DNA of 64,000 nucleotides, taken from the NCBI RefSeq assembly GCF_006345805.1, contig NC_043011.1:41118464-41182463 (forward strand), written 5' to 3'. Below are positions 37,631-51,769 of the stretch, in pieces (the stretch's first letter is position 1; every line of letters begins with the position of its first letter). Made by a program: the position numbers and the translations under genes. This DNA comes from Octopus sinensis (lineage: Eukaryota). The notes below the pieces were generated by a model that had not been told where the DNA came from, ran no database searches, and saw only the letters and a program-made list of their open reading frames with translations.

Positions 37631-37856
37631 GACTGAACACAGAGGGGACAAATACAAATGTAGAGCTTTCCTTTTCGAAAATGAAAAAAAGGAGAAAAAT
37701 AAGAAAAAAAAGTAAAATTCAGATCAAAAGGAATCAAGAAAAAAAAAACAATCAAAAGGGATCGTGTATAACAGAAGAGTTTTAAAGATGTTAAAAGTAA
37801 GACAAGGTTTATCCATGGAAAGAAAAGCCTATAGAAAAGACCATAGTAACCTCGGG
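37631..37856 (-). mobile_element. 3' UTR fragment related to the Tx1-like LINE at 4531-5805
   Basis: Shares gtagagcttt, gatcaaaagg, ggaaagaaaagcct and gtaacctcgg blocks with 4560-4850. Confidence 0.75.
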
Positions 37857-38527
37857 CAGGGAGAAAATAAACACATGAGAGCAAAGTTATAATTGCTTCT
37901 CTTTACTCTTTACTCATTTCAGTCATTTAACTGTGGCCATGCTGAAGCACCACCTTTAGTCGAGCAAATCAACCCAAAGACTTATTCTTTATAAGCCTAG
38001 TAATTATTCTATCAGTCTCTTTTGCCAAACCACTAAGTTACAAGGATATAAACACACCAGCATCAGTTGTCAAGCGATGTTGTGGGGACAGACACAGATA
38101 CAAACATACACATACACACATATATATATGCACATATATACAATGGGCTTCTTTCAGTTTCCGTCTACCAAATTCCCTCACAAGGCTTTGGTCAGCCCAA
38201 GGCTATAGTAGAAGACACTTGCCCAAGGTGCCATGCAGTGGGACTGAACCTGGAACCATGTGGTAGGTAAGCAAGCTACTTACCACACAGCCACTCCTAG
38301 GCCTAAAAAAAAAGTTTCAAAACTTCTGGAATGCAACTCATATAAGCATCTGTGTGTTTACTAATAAAAGAGTACACATGTGTACTTTACATGACTTCTA
38401 TGAAGTAAATGCTTCACTTTTCTCAAGCAAAACAATCTCACAACAAATCATTTTGGTTAAACAAATACAAAACCAAGGACTTAAAGGAAACAATACAAAA
38501 AAAAAAAGAATTGTTTTCCCTCATTAC

Positions 38528-38786
38528 CATTTGCTCCGGTCAAATGATCTGTAAGTGGGTTGAAGTCCAAGCGTCCAGCAATTGCAAGAGCGGTGACTAT
38601 CTCAGGAGACGCAACGAATGCATGGGTTGCAGGGTTGGCGTCGTTACGTCCAGTGAAGTTCCTGTTGTAAGACGTCACGATGGTGTTCTTCTCGCCTTTT
38701 TGCACATCTTTTCTGTCCCACTGACCAATGCAAGGACCACAAGCATTGGCAAGGACGCATCCATCGATGGCTTCTAGGGTCTCCGT
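38528..38786 (-). CDS. ACO2: Mitochondrial aconitase exon (two Fe-S cysteines, ACGPC)
   Basis: [25 protein letters not shown]...[14 protein letters not shown]...DHLTGAN; 259 nt. Confidence 0.97.
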
Positions 38787-39359
38787 CTAAAAGAAGAATA
38801 TACAGAAGTGAAACAAAAATGTAGAAAATTGCTCTTACAAGAAAAATTAGAAATTTTTTAACCCTTTGATTATCCAAAGCATTTTCGTAAGTTTATCCTA
38901 AATGTCCATGCAAAAAATGGGGTTAAACAACAACAATATGGGTGGGGGTTGGGTTGAAATTAAAAGGAAAAACTATGGAAAATATGGCATTACACAGTCA
39001 AACAAGATATTAATACACACACACACACACACACATCTACACACACCTGCATGCATACATCTCTACTCACAGATACACCTAGACACAGATAGTTATACAC
39101 ACCAACACACACACAGAGGCATACATGCACACACACACACAAGTTGACACAGCTGATAGAACACCAGAGTAAATTATGACTTATCCAGAAAACCCACTAT
39201 ATAATAGTTCAACTTGCTAGAAATAACACCCAAATTTCCCTCAACTCACATCCTATCGTCTCACATAAGGGAAGGAAACAGCTATACTTGAGACAGAAGA
39301 GCATTAAGAAATAAGTACCAATCAAATACTGGGGTCAACTTAAGTAACTACACCACCCT

Positions 39360-40522
39360 TTGACTCTTTTGTTACCATTTTTCTGTTGAAATACACTGCC
39401 TTAGCTTCAAATATTTTGGAAAATAATGAAGAATTCATTAAAATAACTTTGTCATTATTAATCTGGTGTTTGGTACATAAATTAACAGGAAATTTTGATG
39501 GAAGATTTTAATTTAAATCACATTAACCTTTTAGCATTTAACCCCTTCATTACTGAATTTCTTTTGATTTGCTCTGTGTTTCTTTCAATTAATTTTAAAC
39601 ATATCAAAGAATTTAGTAAAATAACTTAGTTATCATTAAGCTAGTGTTAGGACTAAATTGTGACTAAAGTTTGGTGGAAGATTTTAATTCAAAACTTATG
39701 AAAACAAGGGCTTTGTACTGCAGAGCCAGAGGCAGTTCCATCTGGGTTTGTATCAAAAGGGTTAAGAATTGTTTCTCTATTATATATTTTAACCCTTTTG
39801 TTACCATATTTATTTTGAGTTGCTCTGTGCTTCTTTCAATCAATTTTAAATATAACAAAGAATTTAGTAAAATAACTTAATTATCATTAAGCAGGTGTTA
39901 AGAATATAAATTGTGACTAAGGTTTGGTGGAAGACTTTAATTCAAAACTTATGAAAACAAGGCCTTTGTACTACAGAACCAGAGGCAGTTCAGCCGGGTT
40001 GATATCGAAAGGGTTAAGAATTGTTTCTCTATTATATATTTTAACCCTTTTGTTATCATATTTATTTTGAGATGCTCTGTGTTTCAATTACTTTAAATAT
40101 AACAAAGAATTTAGTAAAATAATTTAGTTATCATTAAGCTAGTGTTTGGAACATAAATTGTGACTAAGGTTTGGTGGAAGATTTTAATTCAAAACTTATG
40201 AAAACAAGACATTTGTACTACAGAGCTAGAGGCAGTTTCAGCTGAGTTGGTATCAAAAGAGTTAAACAGGCCATATCCAGTCCAAATACTGAACCAGCTT
40301 TATGTTTAAACTGGCCAGATTTGGCTTATCACACCTACCCTACAATGTCATTTTTAAAATAAACAATCACAATATTAAAATCTCAAAGCTACAAAAGTTT
40401 TTTAAATTTGAGTAAATAGGTATTACATTTGACAAGTAATTTGAACGCTAAAAGGTTAAAACAGGAATTCTGTATCAAAGAACCAGGAGCAGTCTCAGGC
40501 AGGTTGGTATCAAAAGGGTTAA
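39360..40522. mobile_element. Nested TTAA-flanked (piggyBac-like) MITEs
   Basis: TTAA-CCCTTTTG...CAAAAGGG-TTAA ends; three inner tandem units within a second and a third element. Confidence 0.8.
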
Positions 40523-40584
40523 AAAAATTGACACGACACCGAAATGGTAAATGTTGTTGTTGGTGATGATGATGTTGTACATAC

Positions 40585-40742
40585 CAATCGATCTCGCTCT
40601 ATTGTGGCACGAATCTGTTCAGAACCAGGAGTTATTGTGAATCCAGCCTTACTCTTTAGACCATGTTCCAAAGCTTGTTTAGCAATGCTCACAGAACGAC
40701 ACATGTCTTCATAGCTGCTGTTGGTACAGCTTCCAATTAAAC
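40585..40742 (-). CDS. ACO2: Mitochondrial aconitase exon (Fe-S cysteine, GSCTN)
   Basis: [13 protein letters not shown]...[16 protein letters not shown]; 158 nt. Confidence 0.97.
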
Positions 40743-41366
40743 CTGAAACATAGCAAAAGACAAGAATTAGAGAAAAAGACAAGATAGTCTAAACATAGGC
40801 AAGGATACAGTAGCATAACTCACTGATATATGCAGAGAGAGAGAGAGAGGCAGACAGACAGGCAGACAGACAGGCAGGCAGACAGGCAGGCAGGCAGGCA
40901 GATATACACAAGCTACCATTAGTTTCATGCCTCTGAAAACACAATGGCTAGACAAGCTTGTATAGCAACTGTGAATTTTCAGGCAACCATTCAGACCTAA
41001 TCCTTTAGCATTTAAACTAACCATGTCTGGTCAAATTATATTCTACCTATTTCATGTTCAAACTGGACAGATCCAACTTCTCACACCTATCCTATTATAT
41101 CGTTCTAAACATAAGCACACACATCATCAAAATTTTGAAGCTGCAAGATACTCATCGTTTATTGTCATTTAATGTCCGCTTTCAATGCTGGAATGAGCAT
41201 CAATTCAAAAAAGTACCCACTACACTCTCGGAGTGGTTCGCGTTAGGAAGGGCATCCAACTGTAGAAACTCTGCCAGATTAAGACTGGAGCCTGGTGCAG
41301 CCATCTGGTTTGCCAGCCCTCAGTCAAAACCGTCCAACCCATGCTAGCATGGAAAACGGACGTTAA

Positions 41367-41400
<34 letters not shown>

Positions 41401-43515
41401 AACAGAGTAATTTGGATGCTAAAGGGTTAAACTACTCAAGATATTTGGCTCGGAAATAACACACTATACCAGCTTGTCTGACCATTGTATTTTCAGAGAC
41501 ACGAAACTAATAGTAACTTACATTTAAATCCTAAATGATATTGACCTCTTGATAGGAGTACTCATTTTTTGAATTTTTTGTTAGTGTTATAGCTAACACA
41601 ACAGTACACTATATATCATCATCATCATTTAACATTCATGGGTTAGAGAGTTTGACAAAGATCCCGTGAGTTTAAGGACTACATTGAACACTAGCATCAC
41701 CTTTGGCATGATGTCTATGGCTGGATGCTCTTCCTAATGTCAACCACTTTACAGTGTGTACTGGGTACTTTTTTCATGCTACTTATGCTACTTGTACTAA
41801 TAAGGTCACCATCATCATCATCGTTTAACGGCTGCTTTCTATGCTGGCATGGGTTGGACGGTTTGACTGAGGGCTGGCAAGCCAGAAGGCTGTACCAGGC
41901 TCCAATCTGATTCAGCAAGTTTCTACAGCTGGATGCCCTTCTTAACACCAACCACTCTGGGAGTGTTGCGGGTGCTTTTTACATGCCACCAGCACGAGGG
42001 CCAGTCAGGTGGTACTGGCAATGACCACACTCGAATGCCATGTAGCTCGCAATTCAACAAACCCCGGGGAGGGAGGATGTTGCCTCTGCATGTTAGATGA
42101 GGGTTAAGGATGGAGTGGGGCAGGTTTTCGTTGTAGAGGAGCTACATGGCTACTCACATTTAAGAGAGAGAGAGTGAGAATGAATTAGAGTCATCACTAA
42201 GGCAATGGACAGCGGTGATGAGATATCCAAGTGACACCTCAGGTAGCAATAACACTAGTGGGAGGGAGTAATAGGGGTCTGCAAAAGTGGGAGGGGGAAT
42301 AGAGGAAGTGGGAAAGGGAGATAGGCTACATCTGTAAGGATTGATGGGAGAAGGTGCACAAATTGGGGGTGAAATTATAGGGATTTATATACACAAAAAG
42401 GCTTCTTTTAGTTTCCATCTACCAAATCCACTCACGAGGCTTTCGTTGGTCTAAGGCTTGTACTAAAAGACAATTGCCCAAGGTACCATGCAGAGGAACT
42501 GAACCCACAACCACATGATTGGGAAGCAAACGTCTGACCAAACAGCCACACCTGTGCCTGATAGTGAGTAAGAAACTCTCGAAAGAGAGCTGAACAGCAG
42601 AAGGTCTTCAGACAAGAAACCATCCACTCAGGCAAGTGGTTTGGCCCTTAACTTCTTATACTCTAAAGGAGATTTGGCCACATCTAGGTCATGACTCTTG
42701 GGTCCCTTTCTGCTGACACTTTTTAGCCACATGGAGGTGCAATTAAACTCCTCTCCACACACTGAGCTTTCAGGCTTATACTTAACTAGCCTAAAAGCCA
42801 CACTCCACATAGACTTTTAAGCTAGCTCCTGTGGAGGGCTAACTGGGCCTGAGGCCCAAAACTAAAGAGAGCTAAATAGCATGATTATAATACCGTCTAT
42901 AATGACTATATGCTCCAGTGGTGTTTGACCAGAGGTTAAGGATGGATGAGAATTAATTCTGTAATGCAATCATTCTAGTGTTCCAGCCTCATGTTGAATT
43001 CCGACTGTTGGCCAATTTAGCCCAGAAAATTAACGAAGCGAATGTCATTTATCTCCCCTTTGATCTCTGACATCATCTGACAATTGCCAACCAAGAAATA
43101 GCAACCCAAATGCTTTCAAATCAGATCCCAATGCTGGAAGTTTAAGAACCAAATGAAGGGCAGATTTTCAATCCTGGATTATCCTGATTCCAAAAAGGTA
43201 TAATATGTCTATGTAGAGCAAATGTAGACTGAGATACAGGGGTCCCAGACGGACAGACAGAATTTTGTGTTTATTGTTATAGAAGAAATAAGGTTGGTTG
43301 TCATGGTAGCAGCAAGACACCAACGCTACCACACGAATTCACTCAGAGTTACTTCCCTTTGCGTTAAAATGCAAAACTATTGCATTCAAGCCGTATGAAG
43401 GTGGTTTTTGTTCCTCCTCAACCAGATCAAACTGGGACACTTCTCGCCTTTAGGACTTCGGTCCTGTTCTAATAAAAAAAAAAACTTTTTTAAATAAAGG
43501 AATCAAAAGACTTAC

Positions 43516-43621
43516 CAACTTTAACATCAAGTGGCCAATCCATTTCCACTGCAGTCTTTCCCAGTTCAGAGATAGAGTGGCAACGATCTGGAGTAAAGGG
43601 GCCGTTGACATGAGGCTCCAA
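43516..43621 (-). CDS. ACO2: Mitochondrial aconitase exon
   Basis: LEPHVNGPFTPDRCHSISELGKTAVEMDWPLDVKV; 106 nt. Confidence 0.96.
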
Positions 43622-45178
43622 CTGGGATGTGAACAAAAACAAAAAGACATTTAAAGCATGAACTATGGTTATTAAAAAGATGTTAGCAAAGAACATGGAT
43701 AAAATATATTCAAATGGAACAAGGATTTGGAAATGAAGATGTAAAAATGGCACATGGAAGGGAAAATGTTAATAAAAAAAATGAATGAAAACTTATTAAC
43801 ACAGAATGTTTCATTTTTTTTTTTAAATGCTAACAGGAAACATGGATAATGAAATTTTACATGCAACATGGGACAAGAATGTTAATAAGGAACATGGATA
43901 TTTAAAAATGTTAACAGAGAGCACAGATTTGATAGGGATCATGGGTAAAATAGGTTACATGTCACATGGAGGGAAAAACCTTAATAAAGAACATGGATCT
44001 AAAACTATGTTGACAGAAAACATGAATTAAAATATATATGTTCACAAAAATATATATGTTCACGGAGTGGTTGGCGTTAGGAAGGGCATCCAGCTGTAGA
44101 AACATTGCCAGATAAGACCGGAGCCTGGTGCAGCCTTCTGGCTTCCCAGATCCCCGGTCGAACCGTCCAACCCATGCTAGCATGGAGAACGGACGCTAAA
44201 TGATGATGATGATGATGAAAGAATATGAAATAATAAAACATTAATAGAGAATGTGGATAAAAAATACATGTTGACATGAAACATGGAGGGAAAAATGTTA
44301 ATAAGGAACAGGGAACATGGATTTGAAAAAAGCAAGTTAAACAGGGAACTTCATCATCATCGTCGTTTAACGTCCGCTTTCCATGCTAGCATAGGTTGAA
44401 TGGTTTGACTGTGGGCTGGCGAACCAGATGGCTGCACCAAGCTCCAGTCTTGATCTGGCAGAGTTTCTATAGCTGGATGCCCTTCCTAACGCCAACCACT
44501 CCGAGAGTGTAGTGGGTGCTTTTATGTGCCACCGGCACGGGGGTCAGTCAGGCGGTACTGGCAACAACCTCGCTCGAATTTTTACCGACCTCGCTCGTAT
44601 TTTAAAAAGCATGTTAACAGGAAAACATGGATAAAACTTAAGGAACATGGATAAAAAAATGTTAAAACAACATGGATAAAAAAAAAAGTGAAAATATGTG
44701 TTAAACTGAAACAAGGACAGATAAAGGAATGAGTAAGCAAAAAAATGGAAAACAGTATGATTTTCACAGAAAATACACATTGTCCCAGCATGGCTACAGT
44801 CCAATGACTGGAACCAGTAAAAGGAAATAAAATTCTTAATTTAGCGAAAAAATATTCAAGAAATATTAAACAGTAAAAATTCTTAGAACTATGAACTGAA
44901 AATTTTCTGACTCAGGAATCAAGACAAGAATCACAACTGATGTGGCTCTTGTTGAGATTCTTGGGCAAGATAAAGCTTGGCTATTATGGACCACCTCTTC
45001 ACAGAGGTAAAAATGGGTTTGCTTAGGGCCAACACTCTTGCCTAGTCAAATGCAAGGTTACAGAAGCATTGATGGCAATTCTAAACCACCAAGACCTGGA
45101 AGACGACAGCCCAGGGTCAAGAACAGTGGAGAAAAGTTATCGATAGCTTATGGAATATAGGCCATTGAAGATTTAAGC

Positions 45179-45471
45179 TGATGGTTCCCAAACTTCTTTG
45201 GGTTGCTACCCACTTGGCACTCAGGACACATTCCTAGTGCCCCACCATCACCATCACCACTTACCACCACAAACATTGACCAGTTTCTGCAACAAATTTC
45301 ACAAGTAAAGCTTAACCAAATTATTCCATTATTTTATTGTTTTTACATCCATTGCCCCCTTTTCCCCACCCCATTATCGCCCCACTTTTCTTCAATAACC
45401 CCCACCCTCTGGATCTTTCCACTGCCCTAAAGGGGGGAAGTACAATGTATGACCCACTTTGGGAACCACTG
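45179..45471. mobile_element. Old hAT (Charlie-like) MITE
   Basis: tggttcccaaa...tttgggaaccactg ends; imperfect 8-bp TSD atttaagc/tcttaagc. Confidence 0.6.
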
Positions 45472-46992
45472 TCTTAAGCTCTCCATTCTCCAAGAAGTAT
45501 AGGGAGTGAAGGCTTAAGCAGATGCCTCATTAAAGCTTCAATATTTGCATTACTGTAAAGTGGCAAGCTGGCAGAAACATTAACACACTGGGCCAAATGC
45601 TTAGCGGTATTTTGTCTGTCTTTACATTCTGAGTTCAAATTCTGCCAAATCAACCTTGCCTTTCATCCTTTCAGGGTCAATAAATTAAGTACCAGTTGAG
45701 TACTGGGGTCGATTAAATCAACTAGCTCCTTCCCCAAAAATTTCAGGCCTTGTGCCTAGAGTAGAAACGAATATTTGCATTACTGCTTTACATTCTTTCC
45801 TACAACTAATAAGCATTCAAATGATCATTAGAACGTTTAGAAATCACAGCCGAATCTCCTTCAAATTACACCCTACCATCTTAGAAAAGGAAGAACACAA
45901 AGGATAATGTAGTTCAAAATACATTATGTTTGCAAAAAAAGAGAAAGACAAAAGAAGACAGGACTGTCACGAATGGAACACCATTAATCATAGGCCTGCT
46001 TGATCAGAATTAATCGAGTACTAAACAACAACAATTACACAGATTAATTGTTCCATGCTCTAATGAACTCTAAAGATAGCCACATGTGTGGTCAACAGCT
46101 AAAAATAGATCTATCTTCAGTTACTAAGCATTTACACAATTAAAGCCTTAATTTAAGCCACAGAAAAAACTCATTACAGAAATGGTTAATTAGTAAACAA
46201 CTTAGCCAAGTAGAACCTTATGGAGGAAATGACAAAGGATTGGATATGATGTAATGACTGGCAATTCACTGTGCTCAGGACCTGTCTATCAAAGCAAAAA
46301 TAAGGCCCTAAAAGCACATTGCTTATGCATGTCCCTGCACCCAATCTGTCCCTAATAAATCCCCACTCCACCCCGCTCCCAACAACTCACCTTCCTGACA
46401 CCCACCCCTCTCTCCCTTACTCTTCCGATGACAGCACTATTCACTCAACTGATGTAACTGCCAGAGCAGAACTGGATATACTCCATTCCATCAACCATCC
46501 ACCCTCCCTGGAACCCTTGGAACCAGCTTCTATTCATGGATTCTCAGTATCATCGCACACCATCTTATTTCCCACAGACCATCATTTTCCCCTGTAGATT
46601 GTCCTTATCCGGCCAATGGCAGCCCTCCTTTCCCTGACGCTACAATTCATCTGCCACAATTTCCACAGGGATTGTAATATTATATATTTCTTTACTACCC
46701 ACAAGGGGCTAAACACAGAGGGGACAAACAAGGACAGACAAAGGGAATAAGTTGATTACATCAACCCCAGTGCGTAACTGGTACTTAATTTATCGACCCC
46801 GAAAGGATGAAAGGCAAAGTCGACCTCGGCGGAATTTGAACTCAGAACGTAACGACAGACGAAATACCGCTAAGCATTTCGCCCAGCGCGCTAATGATTC
46901 TGCCAGCTCGTAATATTATAAACACATCAATAACTCCCCACCATGACCACCACCACCCATGGGAAACAATGCAAATTAAATATTAGTCTTAC

Positions 46993-47084
46993 CTCATCCA
47001 GGTTTATCTTAATCAATTGATCGTATGTAGCGTCTTTGTCAGCAGAAAGGAGCGATCTGTAAGAATCGGCCAGGCTGGCAATGT
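46993..47084 (-). CDS. ACO2: Mitochondrial aconitase exon
   Basis: (D)IASLADSYRSLLSADKDATYDQLIKINLDE; 92 nt. Confidence 0.94.
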
Positions 47085-47680
47085 CTGGTGGGAATGAAGG
47101 AAGAAAATTATTTCATGTATCAAAAAAAATAGCGAAATTAATTAAACAGACATTTGATTTCTGGTAGAGTCACTGTAACTACATAAAATACACATGCATC
47201 ATTATATTCACTTTTACTTTGTTATCATATGAGGTGGAGGTGGTGAGGGAGGTGGTGGTAGCAACAGCACTACTACTAATAATAATAATCTTTTCTACAC
47301 TAGGCACAAGGCCCGAAATGTTTTTGGGGAAGGGGCCAGTTGATTAGATCGACCCCCAGTACGCAACTGGTACTTCATTTATCGACCCCGAAAGGATGAA
47401 AGGCAAAGCTGACCTCGGCAGAATTTGAACTCAGAATGTAAAGACAGGCAAAATACCACTAAACATTTCACCCAGCATGCTAACGTTTCTGCCAGCTCGC
47501 CGCCTTCACTATTAATAATAATAATAATAATGATGATGATGATGATAATCCTTTCTACTATAGACACAAGATCTGAAATTGTTGGGGAGGGGGCCAGTCA
47601 ATTATATTGACCCCCGAGTGCTTTACTGGTACTTAGTTTATTGACCCCCGAAAGGATGAAAGGCAAAGTCTACCTCGGCA

Positions 47681-47712
<32 letters not shown>

Positions 47713-48835
47713 GTAATAGTAGTAGTAGTAGTAGTAGTAGTAGTAATAATAATAATAATAATGGTTTCAAATTTTGGCACAAGGCCAGAAATTTAACAAG
47801 GGGCAAGTTGATCAACCCCAGTGCTCCACTGGTACTTATCAACCCCAAAAGGATGAAAGGCAAAGTCTACCTTAGTGTAATTTGAACTCAGAACAAAAAG
47901 ACAGATGAAATGCAGCTAAGCATTTTGTCCATCATGCTAACGATTGTGAGAGATCACTGCCTTAATTAATAACAATAATCTTTTCCATTATAGGCACAAG
48001 GCCTTGAATTTTGGGGTGAGGGCACTAATTGGTCACTTCAACCCTAATATTCAACTGGTTCTCATTTCATGGAGCCCAAAACGATGAAAGGCAAGAGAAG
48101 AGGAAGGAAGGAAGGAAGGAAGTTGAAAGAAAGGGAGAGAGGAAAGAATGAATGAACAAAGGGAAAGAGGGAGTGAGGGGTGAGTGAGGTAGAAGAGAGG
48201 AAGGAGGGAGGGAGGGAGGGAAGGAAGGAAGGAAGGAACAGACAAATGAAGAAAGGAAGGAAGCGCGGGAGGGAAAAAGAAAGAGATGAGGAAGGTGCAA
48301 GGGAAGGCGGGGGAGAAAGGAAGGAAGGAATGTCTGACGACATGACATTAATGAAGATGTCTGTCAACAACAGCAACGACTGATGATGACCATAGCAATG
48401 ACAATCACCACCACCACCACGTCACCACCATTATCATCATCATCATCATCATTTAATGTCCGTTTTCCACGCTGGCATGAGTTGAATGGTTTGACAGGAG
48501 CTGGTCGGCTGGAGACCTGCCCAGGCTCTATGTCCCTTTCGGACATGGTTTCTACAGCTGGGTGCCCTTCCTAATGCCAACCACTTTACAGAGTGTGCCG
48601 GGATGCCTCTGTGCAACACTGGCACCGGGGTGCTTTTTACATGGCACCAGCACTCACAAGCCTGCAAGACTAGGAATGTCCAGCTTGGAGAGAGATACAG
48701 GGGGACAAACCTGCATGCAAGGACAACGATGCTTTTACTTAGCTTGTCGAGTCTTCTCAAACACAGCAAACCCCCGGAAGTCTCCGTCCCCTTGTCATTC
48801 CCAACAGCATAAAAAAAAACAACAATTATACTTAC

Positions 48836-48940
48836 CATTTCTGTTTGTGGCTACAAGATAGTCCTTCATACGGTGGTTGTATGGGAAAATTGAGGTTGTC
48901 GCACCAATTTCTGCACCCATGTTGCAGATGGTACCCATTC
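48836..48940 (-). CDS. ACO2: Mitochondrial aconitase exon
   Basis: [34 protein letters not shown]; 105 nt. Confidence 0.96.
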
Positions 48941-49179
48941 CTGGAATTAGTGATAAACAAACTCATGAGATTAATTAATTAACTCTTTAACAGTCACATT
49001 ATTCTGCCAAATATAATTCTAACTTATTCACAGTGTTTTGAACTGGCCATGCATTATCTTGTAGCTTTGAGATTTTGATGAGATAACTTAATTTTTTAGA
49101 ATGATATTGTAGGGCTCGTGTAAAAGGTCAGATCCGACTAGCTTAAGTATAAGACATACAGAATATTCTGTATGGATGG

Positions 49180-49561
49180 ATGGAAGCACTCCGTCGGTTA
49201 CGACGATGAGGGTTCCGGTTGATCCGAATCAACGGAACAGCCTGCTCGTGAAATTAACGTGTAAGTGGCTGAGCACTCCACAGACACGTGCACCCTTAAT
49301 GTAGTTCTCAGGGATATTCAGCGTGACACAGAGTGACAAGGCCGGCCCCTTGAAATACAGGTACAACAGAAACAGGAAGTAAGAGTGAGAGAAAGTTGTG
49401 GTGAAAGAGTACAGCAGGGATCACCACCATCCCCTGCCGGAGCGTCGTGGAGCTTTTAGGTGTTTTCGCTCAATAAACACTCACAACGCCTGGTCTGGGA
49501 ATTGAAACCGCGATCCTATGACCGCGAGTCCGCTGCCCTAACCACTGGGCCATTGCGCCTC
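49180..49561 (-). mobile_element. tRNA-derived SINE, same family as 6028-6412
   Basis: Reverse-complement near-identity. Confidence 0.85.
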
Positions 49562-49898
49562 TCTGTACGGATATGGCCAGTTTAAATGCTAAAGAGATAA
49601 TTAACACAAACTCTAAACACTTCAGCATTTAAATTGGCCATATCCAGTCGAAAATATTCTACTTGTTTTATTTTCAAATTGTCAAGATCTTGCCTCTTAC
49701 ACCTACCCTACAATGTCATTCTAAAAGTATACAATCTCAAAGCTATGAGATAATGGCCTGATTGATTCAAAACAATGCGAATAAATAAGCATTAAAATTT
49801 GATAATCTGAATGTGATTGAGCTAAAGCAATAAAGGAGTGTGTGTGTGGTGTGTGTGTGTGTGCACAGGCATGTGTATATTTAAGATGAAGAACTTAC

Positions 49899-50049
49899 CA
49901 GTGCAGGAGATGGAATCTACACCAGGGCCAAAATATTCCACGATGGCACCTGTGCCACCCTTTACTGTTAAAATGCCAGCAACCTTCAAGATGATGTCCT
50001 TTGGTGATGTCCAACCGTGTAATTTCCCAGTCAGCTCAACCCCGATTAC
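49899..50049 (-). CDS. ACO2: Mitochondrial aconitase exon
   Basis: [50 protein letters not shown]; 151 nt. Confidence 0.97.
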
Positions 50050-51680
50050 CTACAAAAGAGAAAAAGTAGAGAAAGTCATTAAGACAGGAACAATATCAGG
50101 ATTTGGTTTGAATGTTGTTGTTATTGTTGTTGTTGCTTAGCTCTAGGTTAGCAGTCAGAACTGACCACACAGATATTAAAGCACCCAGTACACTCTGTAA
50201 AATGGTTGGCATTAAGGAAGGGCATCCAGCCATGGAAACCAAGCCAAAACAGGCAAATGGAGCTTGGTGCACATTTCCGGCTTGACTGCTTCCTTGTCAA
50301 ACCGTCCAACGCATGCCAGCATGGAAAAGCAGACGTTAAATGGTGATGATGATGATGATGATGATGTTACTGTTACTGTTAGTGAGACTGGCACTCTATC
50401 ACTTACGATGACAAGGGTTCCAGCTGATCCGACCAACATAACAACCTGCTCATGAAATGAACATGCAAAGTGGCTGAGCACTCCACAGACATGCGTACCC
50501 TTAATGTAGTTCTCAGGGAGTTTCAGCATGATACAGAATGTGACAATGCTGGCCCCTTTGAATTACAGGTACTAACTCATCTTTGCTAGCTGAGTGGACT
50601 GGAGCAATGTGGAATAAAGTGTCTTGCTCAAGGACACAATGCATCACCAGGAACTGAACTCACAACTATACAATCTTAAGCAAAACACCCTAACCACCAA
50701 GCCACATGCCTTCACACTATTGTTAGTGTTATTGTAATTTTGATATTGTTGTTGTTGTGGTGGTGGTTAGTGTTGCTATTGGTGCTGTAATAGTTGTTGT
50801 TGATGTTGATGTTCTTAGTGTGGTTGCTGTATTGTTGTTGTTGTTATTATGCTTCAATGGTTAATGTCGTCATTCAGTCCCATATCCCAAATCAACCCTG
50901 ACAGAGCAGAACCTATAATCAGACATTCCAGCTGTGACCATCTCATCTTTTGTTTTCAGGCATTGTACCTATGACTACATTAGCCAAGGTGTCCTCAGCA
51001 CGCTGGATGAAATGCTTAGCAGTATTTCGCCTGTCGCAGCATTCATCATCATCATCATCAACGTTTAACGTCCGTTTTCCATGCTAGCATGGGTTGGACG
51101 GTTTGACTGTGGGCTGGAGAACCAGATGGCTGCACCAGGCTCCAGTCTTGATCTGGCAGAGTTTCTACAACTGGATGCCCTTCCTAACGCAAAAAATATT
51201 CTTTGCTACTCTAGGCACAAGGCCTGAAATTTTGGAGGGAGGGGTCTAGTCGATTAGATTGATCTCAGTACGCAACTGGTACTTAATTTATCGACCCTGA
51301 AAGGATGAAAGGCAAAGTCAACCTCGGCAGAATTTGAACTCAGAAAGTAGAGACAGACAAAATACCTAAGTAATTCGCCAAGTGTGTTAACATTTCTGTG
51401 AGTTCAAATTCTACCGAGGTCAACTTTGACTTTCATCTTTTCGGGGTCAATAAATTAAATACCAGTAAAACACTGGGGTCGATGTAATCGATTATCCCCC
51501 TCTCCCAAATTTCAGGCCTTGTACCTATAGTAGAAAGGATTATCCAATGTGTCCTTCCTGTTATTACCACTAAAGGAGAATATTCGAGGGCTCTCTAACG
51601 ATTCTGTCACTTATCATCAACATAGATCTGCTCAATCAGGGCTTCCTGGGGTTAAACAACAACAAGTTGATCATATTTAC

Positions 51681-51769
51681 CTTTGGACATTTCAGCTCCC
51701 AGGGTATGTCCGCCATCACGTCAACAGCATCAGCACCACCAACACCAACACACACACCACCAAGGCCAC
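51681..51769 (-). CDS. ACO2: Mitochondrial aconitase exon
   Basis: [29 protein letters not shown]; 89 nt. Confidence 0.96.
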
